Shown here in pieces: positions 28,651-43,288 of a stretch of 64,000 nucleotides of DNA. The position numbers and the translations under genes are program-made. Source of the stretch: Antedon mediterranea (lineage: Eukaryota > Animalia > Echinodermata); contig NC_092672.1 of the NCBI RefSeq assembly GCF_964355755.1, forward strand, positions 19,977,237-20,041,236, given 5' to 3'. Position 1 is the stretch's first letter, and every line of letters begins with the position of its first letter. A model generated the notes under the pieces. The model was not told where the DNA came from and ran no database searches. It saw only the letters and a list, made by a program, of their open reading frames with translations.

Positions 28651-30381
28651 CTATCAGCTCAAGCTCTGTGTTGTATACAGATTTAACCACCAGACTAGTG
28701 ACTGTTTTATTAATACAGTATTACTATTTTATTATTGTATTCAATTATCAAAACACCAATACAGGATCAAAATAAAAGTACAATATAACATATTTCCATG
28801 ATAAAAATATTAACATAATTAAAAAACTATTCATTAAACATTAACAATTCAACAGATTTAGTTATTCAAGTTATTTAAAATGACATTAAATGCTGTATAA
28901 GTATTAGTATTAATGTGTAAGTATTACAACTAAAAATATCAATGTTAGGAAAAATTTAAATGTGATTTGCCCATATATGGACAAAATGATGCCATATCAC
29001 CACCATATTTGGGCAAATCACCACCATATTTGGGCACATCACACATTTTTTTGTAAATCTAGTCTAGTGATAGTGTAGACATACAGTAGCTGAAGTTGAG
29101 CAACATGACAGAAAGAAATGTTTTTACTATATAACAGGCACAGAACATGAGTTTTAAACCGCCTGATTATACTGTATACTGAAATTTGATTAATTAATTT
29201 GAAACAATAAAGATGAGGAAACATAAGAATATTTAAATTACAAATAAATTGACATTTAGTCCTTATGACACTCAAATCTTAAAACATTAATCCTCTTAAC
29301 ATTTTAAAAATTCTATAAGAATAATATTTAATATAATGTTGTTTTACTCTACTATCACTTTGTTCTATATTTATTTTACTACATGTTTGTGTCTTTGTTT
29401 TTCTGATTCTGAAATATTTAAAGTTATTGGTGAACTCTACACAGTAGGCACATTGTAAATAAACTATAGAAATTGATACCAAGAACTATGTTTATCCTCT
29501 TTCTTTTAGAGAATCAAGAGGGATTTTGTGGATTCATTTATTTCAAGATGGGGTTACTCAATAATCCTCATTTTGGGATAATTTTAAAAATATGTTAGCA
29601 CTGTTATAATAGACAAACCAATTTCACAAGAAGAAAATGTTGTGAATGAAATCATTAAGATTAGATTTGGGTTATGGCTGGTAGATTGTATACATTACAA
29701 TTCATAATAATTGTGATAATATATTAATAAATAGTAAACTGAATCAACAAATTAAACTTATTATAAATGATGGCAAATAATCACAATAAAAGCTTAAAAA
29801 ATGCTCATTTAACTGGCACATAAAAATGCCTACACACAAAACACACACTAATAACAGTAGGCCTAAATGATTATCAACAAGCTACTGTATTACAGGTTGG
29901 AGTGGTGCAATTGAATATTAACAGCTACCAACACAATTTGAAATTTAAAATAAATTGTCCAGTTTTATAATTGCACTGTAAAATAATCCTATAAATGAAA
30001 TTGTTTAAAACATGTAGGATACCTTTTATTTTCACAATAGTTTTGCATTCTGCCCAACTATTTTAAAATAAAATTGATTATAGATGATATAGTTAGTATA
30101 CTGTTATCTGTTTAATATTTCAGAATATAAATACCTTGATCATGAGCATAAGAATAGTTTACAAAAAAACAATACATTTTACAATGCTTTGTAGAAATAA
30201 TCATTTAAAATTGATTGTTGTTTTTAGAAAAATTATTTTCAACATTGAAAAAAATATTAACTTTTATTAAATTAAGGATATTTATAAGATTATTAATATT
30301 AGTAATTTGTTTGTGTTCGATATTAAGGAATATGATGTACATGTTTTGTAACTGTTGTTTATTATTTAATATTTTCAATAG

Positions 30382-30480
30382 AATGGCTGGACAGCATTAA
30401 TGTTTGCTGCTAATGTAGGTAATACAACCATCTGCCAACTGGTCTTAGATGGTGGAGCTGATGTCAATATGCAGACTAAT
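30382..30480 (+). CDS. Ankyrin repeat exon (NGWTALMFAANVGNTTICQLVLDGGADVNMQTN)
   Basis: Exactly 99 bp, ag|...|gtaagt, canonical GxTALxxAA...GADVN ankyrin consensus. Confidence 0.92.
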
Positions 30481-31516
30481 GTAAGTCATACACACAGTTT
30501 ATAACATTAATTTAACCTTCAGTGAAACAAATCAATAAATTTAAACTATTGTTTTTAGAATTTAGATGACTACCAGTACTATAAGACTTTAGGAAAATCA
30601 TAGATATTATATAATATCTCTATGGGAAGATTAATTTAGTTGACAATACACTACTGTAGTATCCATGTTATTATACTATTGTAGTTATATTATAATAATA
30701 CCAATTCTCGTAACAAACATATTTTAAATATATCTTTTACATTCTTAAAATGAATAGAATAACACAATACTGGTGTGTGAGGTCAATATAGAAATGATGA
30801 ATGTTATAAGTTATAAACACATGCGTAATAACTTATTTTCTTCTTTTTTTACAAATTCTCATACTATTACTATTCTGTTTAAATTTGCAATCAAATTTTT
30901 GTATTAAGAACATGTATACTTCAAGTTACTTGTTTACACACTGTTATACCATAACATTAATATGTGTATTAAATAAAATACACATTTATTTTCCATAATT
31001 CATTGCCGAATGCTGCTTTTAGAAATAAAGTGTGAAATGAATTTTACACCACAGTTTATAAAAATTGATGCTATTGATTAATAAAAATGCTGATAGCATG
31101 CATCTATACATACAGGGTATCAATATAACCCAATTGTACTAGGAATGTTATATGTAGTTTCAACATTATCCAACATCTTCGATCCAATTTTGTGGTCAAT
31201 GGGGTGGAAATTCCCCACTTTTTGTATGTTTGTCTGTTTTTTGTTATTGCATGCATCCATATGGTAAATAAAAATGGCCACAATTAGGGAGAGCGTGGGG
31301 TATTAATGAGGTATCAAACTTTACTTGATTGCAATTGTACTGTGTTTTAAACTATAATTGTAACTTGCCCTTGGGCAAGTACACTTACTAGTTTGAGATA
31401 TACTTTTATTCAACTGTGATATATTATTGTAAAAAGATTCTTGTTGTGTTGTTTTTGTTTTATTAACAAAAATGTGCATTTTTCTAACCTATATTTATTT
31501 TTTAAATGTTAAATAG

Positions 31517-31615
31517 ATTGGCAATACAGCATTGCATTTGGCTGCAGTAAATGGTCACGTCGATGTCTGCCAAACATTGGTAGACATGGCAGCAGCAGTG
31601 GACCAACAAAATAAT
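31517..31615 (+). CDS. Ankyrin repeat exon (IGNTALHLAAVNGHVDVCQTLVDMAAAVDQQNN)
   Basis: 99 bp, ag|...|gtgagt, GNTALHLAAxNGH ankyrin consensus. Confidence 0.92.
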
Positions 31616-32611
31616 GTGAGTCATAAATTAATTTTTGTAATCGCATTCATGATCAGAATCCTAAATTGTGTACATATTAACTTTAGATTAAAATGCTTGT
31701 TCCTCAAACAGAATTGCACAAACTGCATTCCTAAAGAATGTAATTATTTTATTACGGTATAGTTATTACGGTATATGTTAATACCTTCATATTTTTTCTT
31801 ATTTTAAATTTTATTCAATTGTCTAATTATTCAGCATCTTAAATTTAACAAATTTACCATCAAGATAGTGCAGGCAAGTCAACATTGACCGAAAAAAAAT
31901 TAAACAAGTTTAAAATGCTATTTTTGGGGCTATTAAAAATCTGCAGTTAATCTAGCAATCATTGGGTGGATTACTGTAATTTGGTTATTAAAATCACTTT
32001 GGTTTTGAAGTTTCTTGTTGGTATGACAACTACAACTAATGCAGCTCCTGCATTGTATCTCTCTCAGAATATCCTTGTATAATCAATCTTCTTCAAACTT
32101 TTTTTTATCATTACATTAGTAATGGTAATTTTAATACAATTTTAATATTATTGAATGCTTTTCATGTTGGCAACAAATTTGTCACTGTGTGTATAATTGT
32201 GGTAAATTAAAACAAAATAAGAATGCCAGTTTTGCTATAAAAAAGGAAAGCTTAAAAATCGTCTACGGTAAATATTTGGCGCATGCTCATTGAACACCAA
32301 AGATCGAATCAAGTTTTTCTTTTTTTGGATGATCACTCTTTCTTTACATTTGCTCATTAGCTTTTTTCTGTTAGCAAATGTGCACTATTATAACATTATA
32401 TTTCCATACCTTCATTCCTATCAATCAATCCTTCTGGTTGCTATGTTTCATATAGTTGAAATGAAGAAAGACCACAAAGACAAAGACATTCAAAATGCAC
32501 ATGCTCAAAATTTAGGCAGTAACACTTATTAAGAAATAATCTTTTGGTTCACATACATTTACTTACTGTCAATCGATAGTATTATCAGCATTCATGATAC
32601 TGTGGCTATTA

Positions 32612-34079
32612 AGTCCAGTCAAAAATCACCCTCACCATGGTATAAGAATGTACCTTAATAACATTTCATCCGTAGGTCCTATACTGTCTGTATATTGGTA
32701 ATAACATTTCTTGATGTTGCGTCTTGCAAAACTTGTGATTTTAAGAGAAAATTATAGTTTTATACCCAATTTATAACCGCCTCATGTCGACGAAGCGTGA
32801 CTGAAATTTCGATTAACAAAGCTATTTGAAAAAAATAATAGTTTATACAATAATTTAAGTATAGTTTACTATAAATTAAGTAATAAAATACATAACATAT
32901 AAAGAAAACCCAAGTATAAACTAAAATATTTACAGATATGTGTTTAAAAATGTACAAATAAAAATGGCCTTCCATAAAATAAAGTGCGCCCTCACTCGTC
33001 CTTCTTTTATTGGACTTGTATGGATTTTGTTAGTTATTGCCAATTCTCCTTTTTTTTAAGACGTGACTTAATATATACAAATAAAGTTTGTTGGTGGAGA
33101 GTAGTCCAACAATGATAATTATTATTGGACATTTTATACACAATAAATGATCGGTTCACCTCCACGCCCTGAAAGTTCTCACTTGGGACGTCGAGAAAGT
33201 AAAGCCCAGAACAAAAGTTGTATATGCATTTATTTTAAATATTGTTAGAACACAGTAGTTTAATATGTTGACTTATTCAAATGCTTATAAATAACGTTTT
33301 GAACTTAAAAGATGTATTGTCCCCAAAAGTGAAGATGGAAATTAATTAATTAATTAAATGTAAAATAATAACACAGTTATCCGTCAGACATCTTCGAACT
33401 TATATAAAGAATCTTCGGGGCAGGACTACATTTTCTAAAACACGAAATTGTTCATACGATACGGATGCCAAAAATAGACAATTCAAAGAAACTCAAATAA
33501 AACTAACAATCACAAGGATTACTTTGTTGCGGATAACCAATGAGAAAATATTTCAGACGAGTTTATTCATTTCATCTTTATTATCGTATACGCGAAATGT
33601 CATTTAAATGATTCTTACTCAAATTAACATTGACTATAATCGCGAATATGCAATGCATTGTGATATCCACGCAAGTAATGCTGTGAAAAAAAAAAGAATG
33701 TCCAAAATAAAACCAGATAATTAGGAAATCATTACGTGTTTAGCAGATATACAATATGCACTTAATTCATCATGATGGTATAATGGAGGTTGTGTTTAAA
33801 TATATACAATCCTTTTTTCCATGATAAAAAATAGAAATATATTTGTGAAAATATAATATTCTGCCTCTTGCGTAAAAAAAAAGAGGCAATAACTAACAAA
33901 ATCCATACAAGTCTGATAAAAGAATGACGAGTGAGGGCGCACTTTATGTTATGGAAGGCCACAAGTTTTGCAAGACGCAACATCAAGAAATGTTATTGCC
34001 AATATACATAAAACCTACGGATGAAATTTTATTAGGGTACGTTCTTATAGCATGGTGAGGGTGATTTTTGACTGGACTA
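32612..34079. mobile_element. Foldback-like element with long TIRs and nested insertions
   Basis: 32612-32737 is inverted to 33960-34079 and 32964-33030 is inverted to ~33890-33960. The left arm is interrupted by ~225 bp. Confidence 0.75.
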
Positions 34080-37000
34080 TATGAATGATGAAGTTAGGGT
34101 AAAGAGATATCAACATGACCAGAGGATTGGTACCTGTTGTCTCTTTTTTTTATAAAGTTGTTAAATTATTAAATCTTACTTAAAACAATTTTCTCTCCTT
34201 TAATGCACAGGATATCACCATTTTAGTATTTGAATTGTACAAATTTATCAGTCTTATGTAGTGGGTTGCACTGCATTTCTGCATAATGCATATTTTTATT
34301 GACTTTTTACACTAGAGAATGGTCCTACTTCCCTTCCCCTGTAGAGCACCGTATCAAGAATGTTAAATAACTGACAAGAGAAAATAAAAGTACAATTGCT
34401 TGTCTACAAACACTTTATTCACAGTACACATATGGCTGGCTACTAGTTGATTTCATTGATTAAATAGTGATAATAATGTGGTCCCATGCCTTCTACTCTC
34501 TATGTGTATATGTGTCCAACAATAATGTCCAACCACCAATAGTTCTTGATAGTTCAGACACTGAATTATTTAATATTTTAAATAAACCAAAATAAATTTA
34601 CACTATCTAGTATTTTTTTAAAAATTAATAACATATGCACTGAAATGTTAATTTTCTTTTTACCCAAACCTTGTATTATTTTTAGATAAATACAGAATTT
34701 CATTTATAGTATTGTGGTACAAAACTATGGAACAATCAAGACCTTCTGTTTATGAATTATTTCTTGTACTGTAGGTGTTTTTGATTAGTTTTATAAACTA
34801 CACCTTGTCACCTTCTGTCAATTATTTAAGAATTACTGACATTCAATGATTGAGGTTTCTCCTTCATCTAATGTTCTAGCAGTATTGTTATAATTTTTTT
34901 TTAAATTGAGAATTGTCCTATAATTTCACACATAAATTAATTATTCCCTGAGATTTGGAATCAAAATAAATTGTACATTGACTTAGGAATGTATTTAATA
35001 ATTGCCCTGATTTAATGCACAACTATTAATTTAGATTGTAAACTGGCTTTTTCTTTTTATCCAAATGTACATATGAAAAACATAAGCACTCATTTTGAGG
35101 ACTTGTGATGAGTTGAAAATCAAATAACAATATTATCAAGTTAAAGTTCAATACAATTTTTTCCATAATGGTGAAATGAATACCAAACAGAAAATATATT
35201 TAGGTTACATTAATTTGTTTAAAAAGTAGCATGAAAACATAAAATAAATTACATGAATAAAGGTAATGACCATTACAGTAACCAGAACTTAAAACTAATA
35301 AATAAATTCAAAAGAAATATAGACAATAGCATATTATTTCATCAGATAATGATTTTTCAAATATCATTTAAAAGTTTTTACAATTAGAAACAATGGTTAA
35401 ATCAAGACTATTCCACTTATATTTGGGATAAAACATTATTTTTTTAAAATGATTGAATCAGTAGTGTACAGCTCACTTGGCTTGTCAGTTAAGAAATTTA
35501 AATATATTTTTGTTAATTACTTAATTTTGTGGTTAAGCATTATTTTTTGGTTTAAAAATAATTGCTAAACCTTCACCCTCGGATTAGAGGGGGCGTAATC
35601 CGCAGCCCAAACAATGTTACAGTACAGTGTATAAGTAAAACATTTTATTTTAATTTGTTTAGAATACTAATATATTTATATATTTTTTGATATTTATTGG
35701 CGGGCCAATAATCTAATTAAAAGACCAAGGAATGGACTTCACTTATTATTTCAATTAATATTCCATTAAAAAATATAACAATTGTGTGTAAAAATTTATA
35801 TCTAATACAATTTGTTTTAGCCATATTAATGAATAATTGGTTTGTAGTGAACCATTCACTAGCTTACTTAACTCTTTCAAATTCAAATAAACATTTATAT
35901 CTTTCATATTGATATTTGAGTAAAACATTATAATTTCTGATATTTTATATATATATATATATTTTTTTTAGAGTTATAATATAGTAAATCATAATGTATG
36001 AAAAAGTTGATTCAGTTAAATTTAAAAAGTTTAACAATACATCAATATTGTTATTGAAATAAAAGAAAGTTGTATCATTTGCATAAAAAAGGTTGTCTGG
36101 AAGATTTACTAATTATTAATTTGAAATAACGATTTTGATCTGTAAAATACCTTTTAAACCAATCTAAGAAAGGCCCCCAAATACCATAGCAAAACCACTT
36201 AAAAATATCATGGTTTACAACATCCATGGAGTAAAGAATAATTCTAAATCTAGAAAAGTACTTAACAAAATTAATTGTTTTCAAATGCAGTATTAACAGA
36301 ATTAGTGAGTTCAAGAAAAGCAAGACAAGTGGTATTGTATATGCATACATTTTTCATTATTTTTTGAAAAAATTTGTAAATTTAAGATTGGTATTCGCTT
36401 TTAAATACAGGATTTACTTTTAATATGATTAGGTAAATAACCCATCATGAATGATTAATAGATGGCTTAATGGAGCAACCTTTTTAAGAATCATGCCCTC
36501 AACCTTTACTAGAATTCAAATTACTAATTATATTAAGCACTTCTGTTTCAGATATAAATGAGAGGCTTTATGGGAGGTAGTAATTAAGAGATTAGGTCTT
36601 TGGTATTTTTAGGTTAGAATTACAGAGTTTTACACATTTTTGAAAAATAATTTAATTACATTCTGGCTAATTATATTTGTATCATAAAAATATTCATCAA
36701 TCATTTATTAAACATGAGGTGTATTTTTACTTTCTTTACCGGGATTAATTACAGAATGTATTACTTCTCATTTGTTATGTTACATTTAATCTGATTGAAT
36801 TTAGTTTTGTAGCATTTTTTTCTTTGAAATTTTACAGAGTGCAGTAATATTGTTGCTATACTTTTTATATCTTGAGATATTTGAACATTTATGAATTTGT
36901 TAAAGTTTATGCTTATGTTTACTAACTTTTTTTAGATGGTGTAGGTAGAGTGGTGTCGTCCATAGTTGTTTTAGTGTTTGGGTTTTTTTTCTTGAACTGC

Positions 37001-40000
37001 AAAAGTATATAAAAAATGTATCCAACATTAGAATTAACTGTATAGTTTAGACGAATCAGTTTGAGAAAGATCAAAGCAAAATGCCCCTATATCTCTAGGC
37101 CTATATGTGCAAAAATGTTAAAAACCCCTTAATGCAGGCTACGGTTAGACCACCTCTGGGCCTAGTAAAATTGCAGTAATATTACCGTCACGGTCGTACT
37201 GTAAGCCTGATTTGTGTGAAGAGTCCACGATATAAGGCCTGCTTACGCAGCGAAGCATTGATAAATTCGGGACATTTTACTTGATTGAGAAAGACTGTGG
37301 CAATTATTTTAGGCCAAATTATTAGATTATATCAATATGTATTTTTTTAGGTTAAATAATACAATGGAAGAATACGGGCAATAATAATAAAAATATAACA
37401 GATGTTGGTCCAAAGATTATTTAACTTGCTGTAACGTACGTAAGCCTAGGCCCTAGTTAGCATAGTTCTAGCGGGAATATCCTGTGGTGTGCGCGCCTGG
37501 TGCTAGCTCATAACAGCTTCTGATAATTAAATTCGCGTCTATTTGTAGGCCTAATAGATTTTGTTTCTGTATAATGGCCATCACGATCGGGCAGTTTTAG
37601 CACGGAGTGGTGTTGGGCATATTGCCGCAATTCTATGTGAAAAGGGCTTAATTCAGTCTGAATGGTCAGATGTCAACCACAATCAATTATTTTTTAAATA
37701 GGTAAATGATCAGAGATGTCTGAATTGTAATACCCGATAAAATATCAAAATTGGTAGGCCTATTGTTTGTTTAAAAATAATCAATAAGTAATTCTGCATT
37801 AGTTTTTGTAATTCTCGTTGGTTTAGAAATCGTAGGGAAAAAAGTACAATAGTTGATAAGATGATATAAAACAATTATTAAATAGATTATGCTTATTAAA
37901 TTTGATTAAAACAATTAATTTATAATAACCGCAAAATGTTCTCTATGTTATTTACATTTCAGTTGACTTGTAAATAAAGCCAATTATAGGAATCTTTTTT
38001 GTTTAATGATTTATAAAAAGCGAATCTCATATAGTTCTTTTGTCAATAATACATCTGGTTATATTTTGTAATAAAAAAAATCAATAATTGTGTTCTGAAA
38101 TGTTAATAACAGTTTTATTAAATACATTATGCGTATGACAAAGGTGGTGATTTGTTTAGAATTTCTGAATCATAAACTATCAATTGTACATTGTACCTAC
38201 TTACTGTAAGTCATGACCAACATATAGTATATATTTTTAAAGATTACCATTTTTAATCATTTTCCTTCATTAAATGCTTTTTCTGGATGTCGGCAGCCGG
38301 CATAAAAGTGTGTTGCCTTCATAGCCTTAGCTTTTCGAATTACAATGGATCTCTGCGGCTGCGCCTATAAATGATAATGTGTCTTAGGCATACTGTAGAT
38401 CTTCACCTTGATTTTTCCAGTTCAGTGTGCATTTTTCAATCAAAATATTATTTAAGCCAAGATCAGTTTTAAATATGTCCTTTACAAGTTGCATTGGATC
38501 TTTTCCATGATGTCACCAAATCTTAGGCTGTAGCTTCTAGAATGCCTTTCAACTGGTAGCAATTCAGCTTCCATGTTGCTATTGTATCCTGATCCTGTTT
38601 AGATTTAATGTTTCACACATTCATGTCAAATTATCTGTATCCTTTGAAGTTCCATAACATTTCTGTTTAGCAATGCTTGTTAGCCTTGCTTTAGTGATGC
38701 TCTTTCCTTGTCAATCCTACTATTTATCAGCTGCTAAGCTACCCATTTCAGCACTCAATGCATTCATTCAACATTGTTTACTTGGATGGAGTACCCGAGT
38801 CTAGGACTCTCTCTTCTTCTCCATCTGGATACTACAGAGCCAACTTTCAAGTCCTACTAGTTCTTTACGCATTGTCTGCCAGCTCTGAAACATTGCATGC
38901 ATATACTAGGGGAATAGGTGAATAAAGCTATAGAGAAAATGTTCATACTTCAATCGTCAATTATGACGTCATAAACATGGTACCAATCGAAAAAAGTGCG
39001 ATTTATAAAGTACTACTCCTCCCTTATTCATTGTAGTACTTCTGCTCCCGGAAATAGCAAAAAATAACCGTATTTGGTAGCAAGGTTATTGATGTGTATG
39101 TGACGTTACATCCCGTCTTCTGACGTCATTACAGCTTCTTTTGCTGTAGGCCTACCCCGAGTATCGCACATTCGTGCTTGTTTATTCATAGCATGTTCAG
39201 TAGGCTCAGTTTTTTTACCTATACTATGAATTTGTGTTTTTCTTGTATTCCTAGTTCGAGATAAAGCACTAATAATGTGTTATGAATACTCAGGCTTATA
39301 TTCTTAGTAAAATGTAATGACTTTAGAATGATCAACTGTTGGGAATTAAATATTATGCAGAGCAAGTATGTCTTCACTCAGAGATGTCCATAGCACTTTA
39401 ATTTTACTGTAAATAAGAATTTGAGTTCTCTACACTAAAGGTTATTCACATGACAGTATGTAATATATATAGGTAACTTTATTCCCCCCAAAAAAATTAC
39501 AGTATGTAATAGTGATATGTAAAAGGAATTTAAATAATAAAGCATAATAATCAGAAATAGAAAAATTTATTTAATTAATTCAAATTGTTCAATACAATTT
39601 AAAATATTTAAAATTCCTTGAGTATTATCACAAATAAATAATTATTTCAATTTGTAGCATTCAAAATACAGTAGGAGGGTTTGTTTATAATTTTATAATT
39701 ATATTACTCGATGGGTAGGCACCCAAAAATTATTTTTTTTTACTCCATCTTTGGTATTGCATTCTTTAAAAATTCCTTTTTTTTTCAATGAGCTTGTCTG
39801 AATCTTCAACTCAGAACTGTCTGGTGTTTTCAATTCTCTTCTCCTTCTCCTTTTTTATTTGGATATATATCATATTTTGTATCATCTTCTTCCCAACTTT
39901 TTTATTATTTTTTTCTGGGAGCCTAGGCGTAAAGTTTTTAAACTTATATAGGTTTCCATCCACACATACTATGTTTTTTATTGGTTATCACAAGTGTTTA

Positions 40001-42543
40001 TATAATTATTATTTATGTATTTTTAATATATGTGAGGAGAACATTTATTGAATATTTATTGAATATTGAACAAATCAACTCACAAGTGTTTACATAATTA
40101 TTATTTTATGTATATTTGTGTATTTATTGAATATTGAATAAACAAATCAAAAATCAAATAAAAAAAAATCATAATATAATAATGTTGTGTATGCTAAAAA
40201 TGCCTTAGTAAACAACTCACATGTTGTATACGAATACCATTGGGCTACTGGTTTAAATTTTGGTTTATATCTAGTAAGACTAATAATACAATTAATGTGC
40301 ATTACTAGAGTAAGCTAAGCTAGTGGCATGTTTTGAATTTAAAATGACCATTTTGATTACCTGGCATATATACAGTAAATGAAAGTGTGAAACTATTGTT
40401 TAATAGTGAGTACGGTAGGTGTACTATTTAAATGTTATGATTTTCTAAAAACCAAATGATGGTTACATCACCAATAGAGTTAGCCTAGGCATCTAGGCTT
40501 ATAATAGGCCTACTAGACAATATGTGAAAAGGTAATTAAATAAAATACTTTTTGTCTTTTTCTATTTGGACATTGGAATCAATCATACATACATTTATAT
40601 TTTTTTTTCTGTTACTTAGACATTTTTTCATTCATACTTCTTAAAGGATGTCACTGTAGTAATGTCTAATAAGTGCCTCTAAATTATTTAATGCACTTCC
40701 TAATGATATCACATGTACCCCGATCTCAAGGAATTGTTTTCTGTATTTTAAGTAAAAAACCACATTTCATCAAATTACTAGTACATTTTAAATGATTATT
40801 GTCAGCCGTTTTTCATCTCCTCTGCCGCATATGGCTACTAAATTCCAATAATTACCATTTATATCGTTTAGTGTCTTTATGCTTCCTGTCCTGTTTGGTT
40901 TTTTTTGTACGTGTTTTGTTCTGCCTTTTTGTTATATTGTACATGGCTTGCACGCCACAAGTAACTTCTAGTTTAGCTTCTTCTTTTTAGCTTTTAAAAA
41001 AAATTGTATATGTTTATATTTTGAAGCAAAAGTATATTTTTTTATTATTTTAATTCTTTATTTTGGTCAAATGTTAACGTTCTATTTTAAAGAATAATAA
41101 ATCTTACTTGAAATGAAATGAATTTATAAATTATGGAACTATTAAGAAAGAAAACAAATAAAATAGTTTATTCATATCGATATTGCAAAATTATTTTACA
41201 ACTCTTTATAGAGTATTGAAAAACTCATTGTATGTGTTATTTTTTTAATCCTTTAAATTGTATTAAGCTATTAATCAATTTTTCCTGTAGTAATCTTTTG
41301 TGGTCATTTTTAGATTTTCTTTTGCATATGTGTTATGCACACATTATGTTTGTGAACAAGCTCCATTACAAAAATGATTTTATTATTATTATTTTATTAT
41401 AACTTATATTATCAAGGTTCTTTTATTTTTGAATGAATCCCAAAAGTTTGAGATCTGTCAGTCTTTATAGTGTAAAGCTGGGGTTAAGACAGAGCTAAAA
41501 TCCTCTGGATAGAAAATAGGGTAGTATAAACTCTTGAGATGGTGAAAAATGTTTTGCAGAGCAAAGTTTTTAATGGATTTTTATTTTATGACCTCTCCCC
41601 CCCCCAACCCCCGATTACATCGTTCCTCTTGAGTTTATTTTGTAGTATAAATGAAGCATGGCCTCCTGAGCTCAATTTGATTTTTTCAAAGTTAAAATAA
41701 TATAGATATGTAACAGGTTCGTACTACTAGCGTCGTAGCTTTATCGCGTAGTATTTTCCGGAGCTGCAGCACTGGCACAAACACAATAAAATCATCCACA
41801 GAGACAGTTCTTGGTTTGGAAAAGTTAAATTCTTTTATTGAAGCTAGTAACCAGTCGGAAGGAGATATAACAAAAACAGTGTTACTATTTAAGATAACAT
41901 CAGTGATCGTATCATTAACGACAGTATAGGCTACTATTGCGTTGTGTCTAGTATAACAATCAATCAACTATATTAACTATAGTAAAACAATTCTAAAATT
42001 AAGAGAGATAAAAATATAGATGCTTACCTAGTAACCAGTCGGAAGGAGATGAAAACCTTCACTTTGGGCTAGGCACTAGTAAGTGTCATCCATTCCCAGT
42101 TGGGTACTATGACAATTTTTAACCGATGGTACATACATTTACCATAACGTTATTTCGTAGTTTACAGAACGATTGTATTGTAACTCGAGTCATACACATG
42201 TAATTATCAATTTAAAGTTCGGTTATACAAAAAAAGAAACTATTGAAAATGCAAATCAATTAACAAAATCCCTTGTCCATTTATGAACTGACTCATACTG
42301 AAACATTATACACTAAATATTCATGACCATTTTCCCGCCACTTGGATGAGGTGACTCATCTATTTATAGCATGGTCACTAGTAGTAAAAGAGGTACTTTA
42401 GCCCAAAGTTGACCTTGGGGTATTTCATGGTGGTTGCGCAATAGTTATGTAATTTCCACCAGATGTTTCTAATGAAGGTCATTCATGTCCTGGTACTTCA
42501 ACCCAAGGTTGACCTTGGTGTATTTCCTGGTGGTTACGTAATA

Positions 42544-42794
42544 ATAATAATAATAATAAATAATATATTTATACAGGATAAAACAATCAGATAACAGTGT
42601 ATCTGTTTTACATCGTGGTCCTGTCTTAATCAAAATATACAAAAAGAGAAACTTAATTAAATATAATACATGTCAGTTTTTTATGAAAAGGAATGAGCTT
42701 TGTATCTAGCCTTAAAGGACGTAACTGTTGGGGCCGATTTAATATTAACTGGTAAATTGTTCCATATTTTTGAGCCTGCAACTTTAAAGGACGA
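42544..42794 (-). mobile_element. 5'-truncated CR1/L2-type LINE 3' end inside the left TIR
   Basis: Minus strand encodes SSFKVAGSKIWNNLPVNIKSAPTVTSFKARYKAHSFS*, the CR1/L2-group ORF2 C-terminal signature (WNxLP...SFK). A 3' UTR and (TTA)n tail follow. It interrupts a 100-bp TIR repeat unit. Confidence 0.85.
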
Positions 42795-43118
42795 ATGTAA
42801 TTTCCACCAGATGTTTCTAATGAAGGTCGTTCATTTCCTGGTACTTCAGCCCAAAGTTGGCCTTGGTGTATTTCCTGGTAGTTACATAATAGTTATATAA
42901 TTTCCACCAGATGTTTCTAATGAAGGTCGTTCATTTCCTGGTACTTCAGCCCAAGGTTGGCCTTGGTGTATTTCCTGGTAGTTACGTAATAGTTATATAA
43001 TTTCCACCAGATGTTTCTAATGAAGGTCGTTCATTTCCTGGTACTTCAGCCCAAAGTTGGCCTTGGTGTATTTCCTGGTAGTTTCGCAATAGATATGTAA
43101 TTTCCGCCAGGTGTTTCT
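42795..43118. repeat. 100-bp tandem repeat within the TIR (3 units, plus ~1.5 units at 42391-42543)
   Basis: tttcc(a/g)ccag occurs at 42801, 42901, 43001 and 43101. Mirrored in the right TIR. Confidence 0.95.
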
Positions 43119-43138
43119 TTGTCTCTTATTTATTAATT

Positions 43139-43176
43139 TTTTGGCGCGATGTTCTGGGACGTGGTGAGTGACGTCA
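43139..43176 (+). promoter_or_regulatory. E2F-like site and perfect CRE/ATF site upstream of the first viral ORF
   Basis: TTTTGGCGCG at ~43139 and TGACGTCA at 43169-43176. The CRE is retained in the right TIR at 58335-58342. Function is inferred. Confidence 0.35.
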
Positions 43177-43288
43177 TTACTTTATTTACGATTTAAGACG
43201 GTGTATCAAAGTGAAGCGGTTATTGTTGTACTATTCTCCAGTTGTTTTGTCTATTTTTGCGTAGAGTATCTCTTTACAGTATTTCATT

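Noticed and set aside
35560-40900. Several possible very old LINE remnants
   Set aside because: Only faint motif hints are visible, too degraded to bound or classify by eye.
42700-42900. 66-aa ORF duplicated in both TIRs (also 58610-58810)
   Set aside because: It has a non-ATG start and is the antisense reading of the LINE fragment plus repeat unit.
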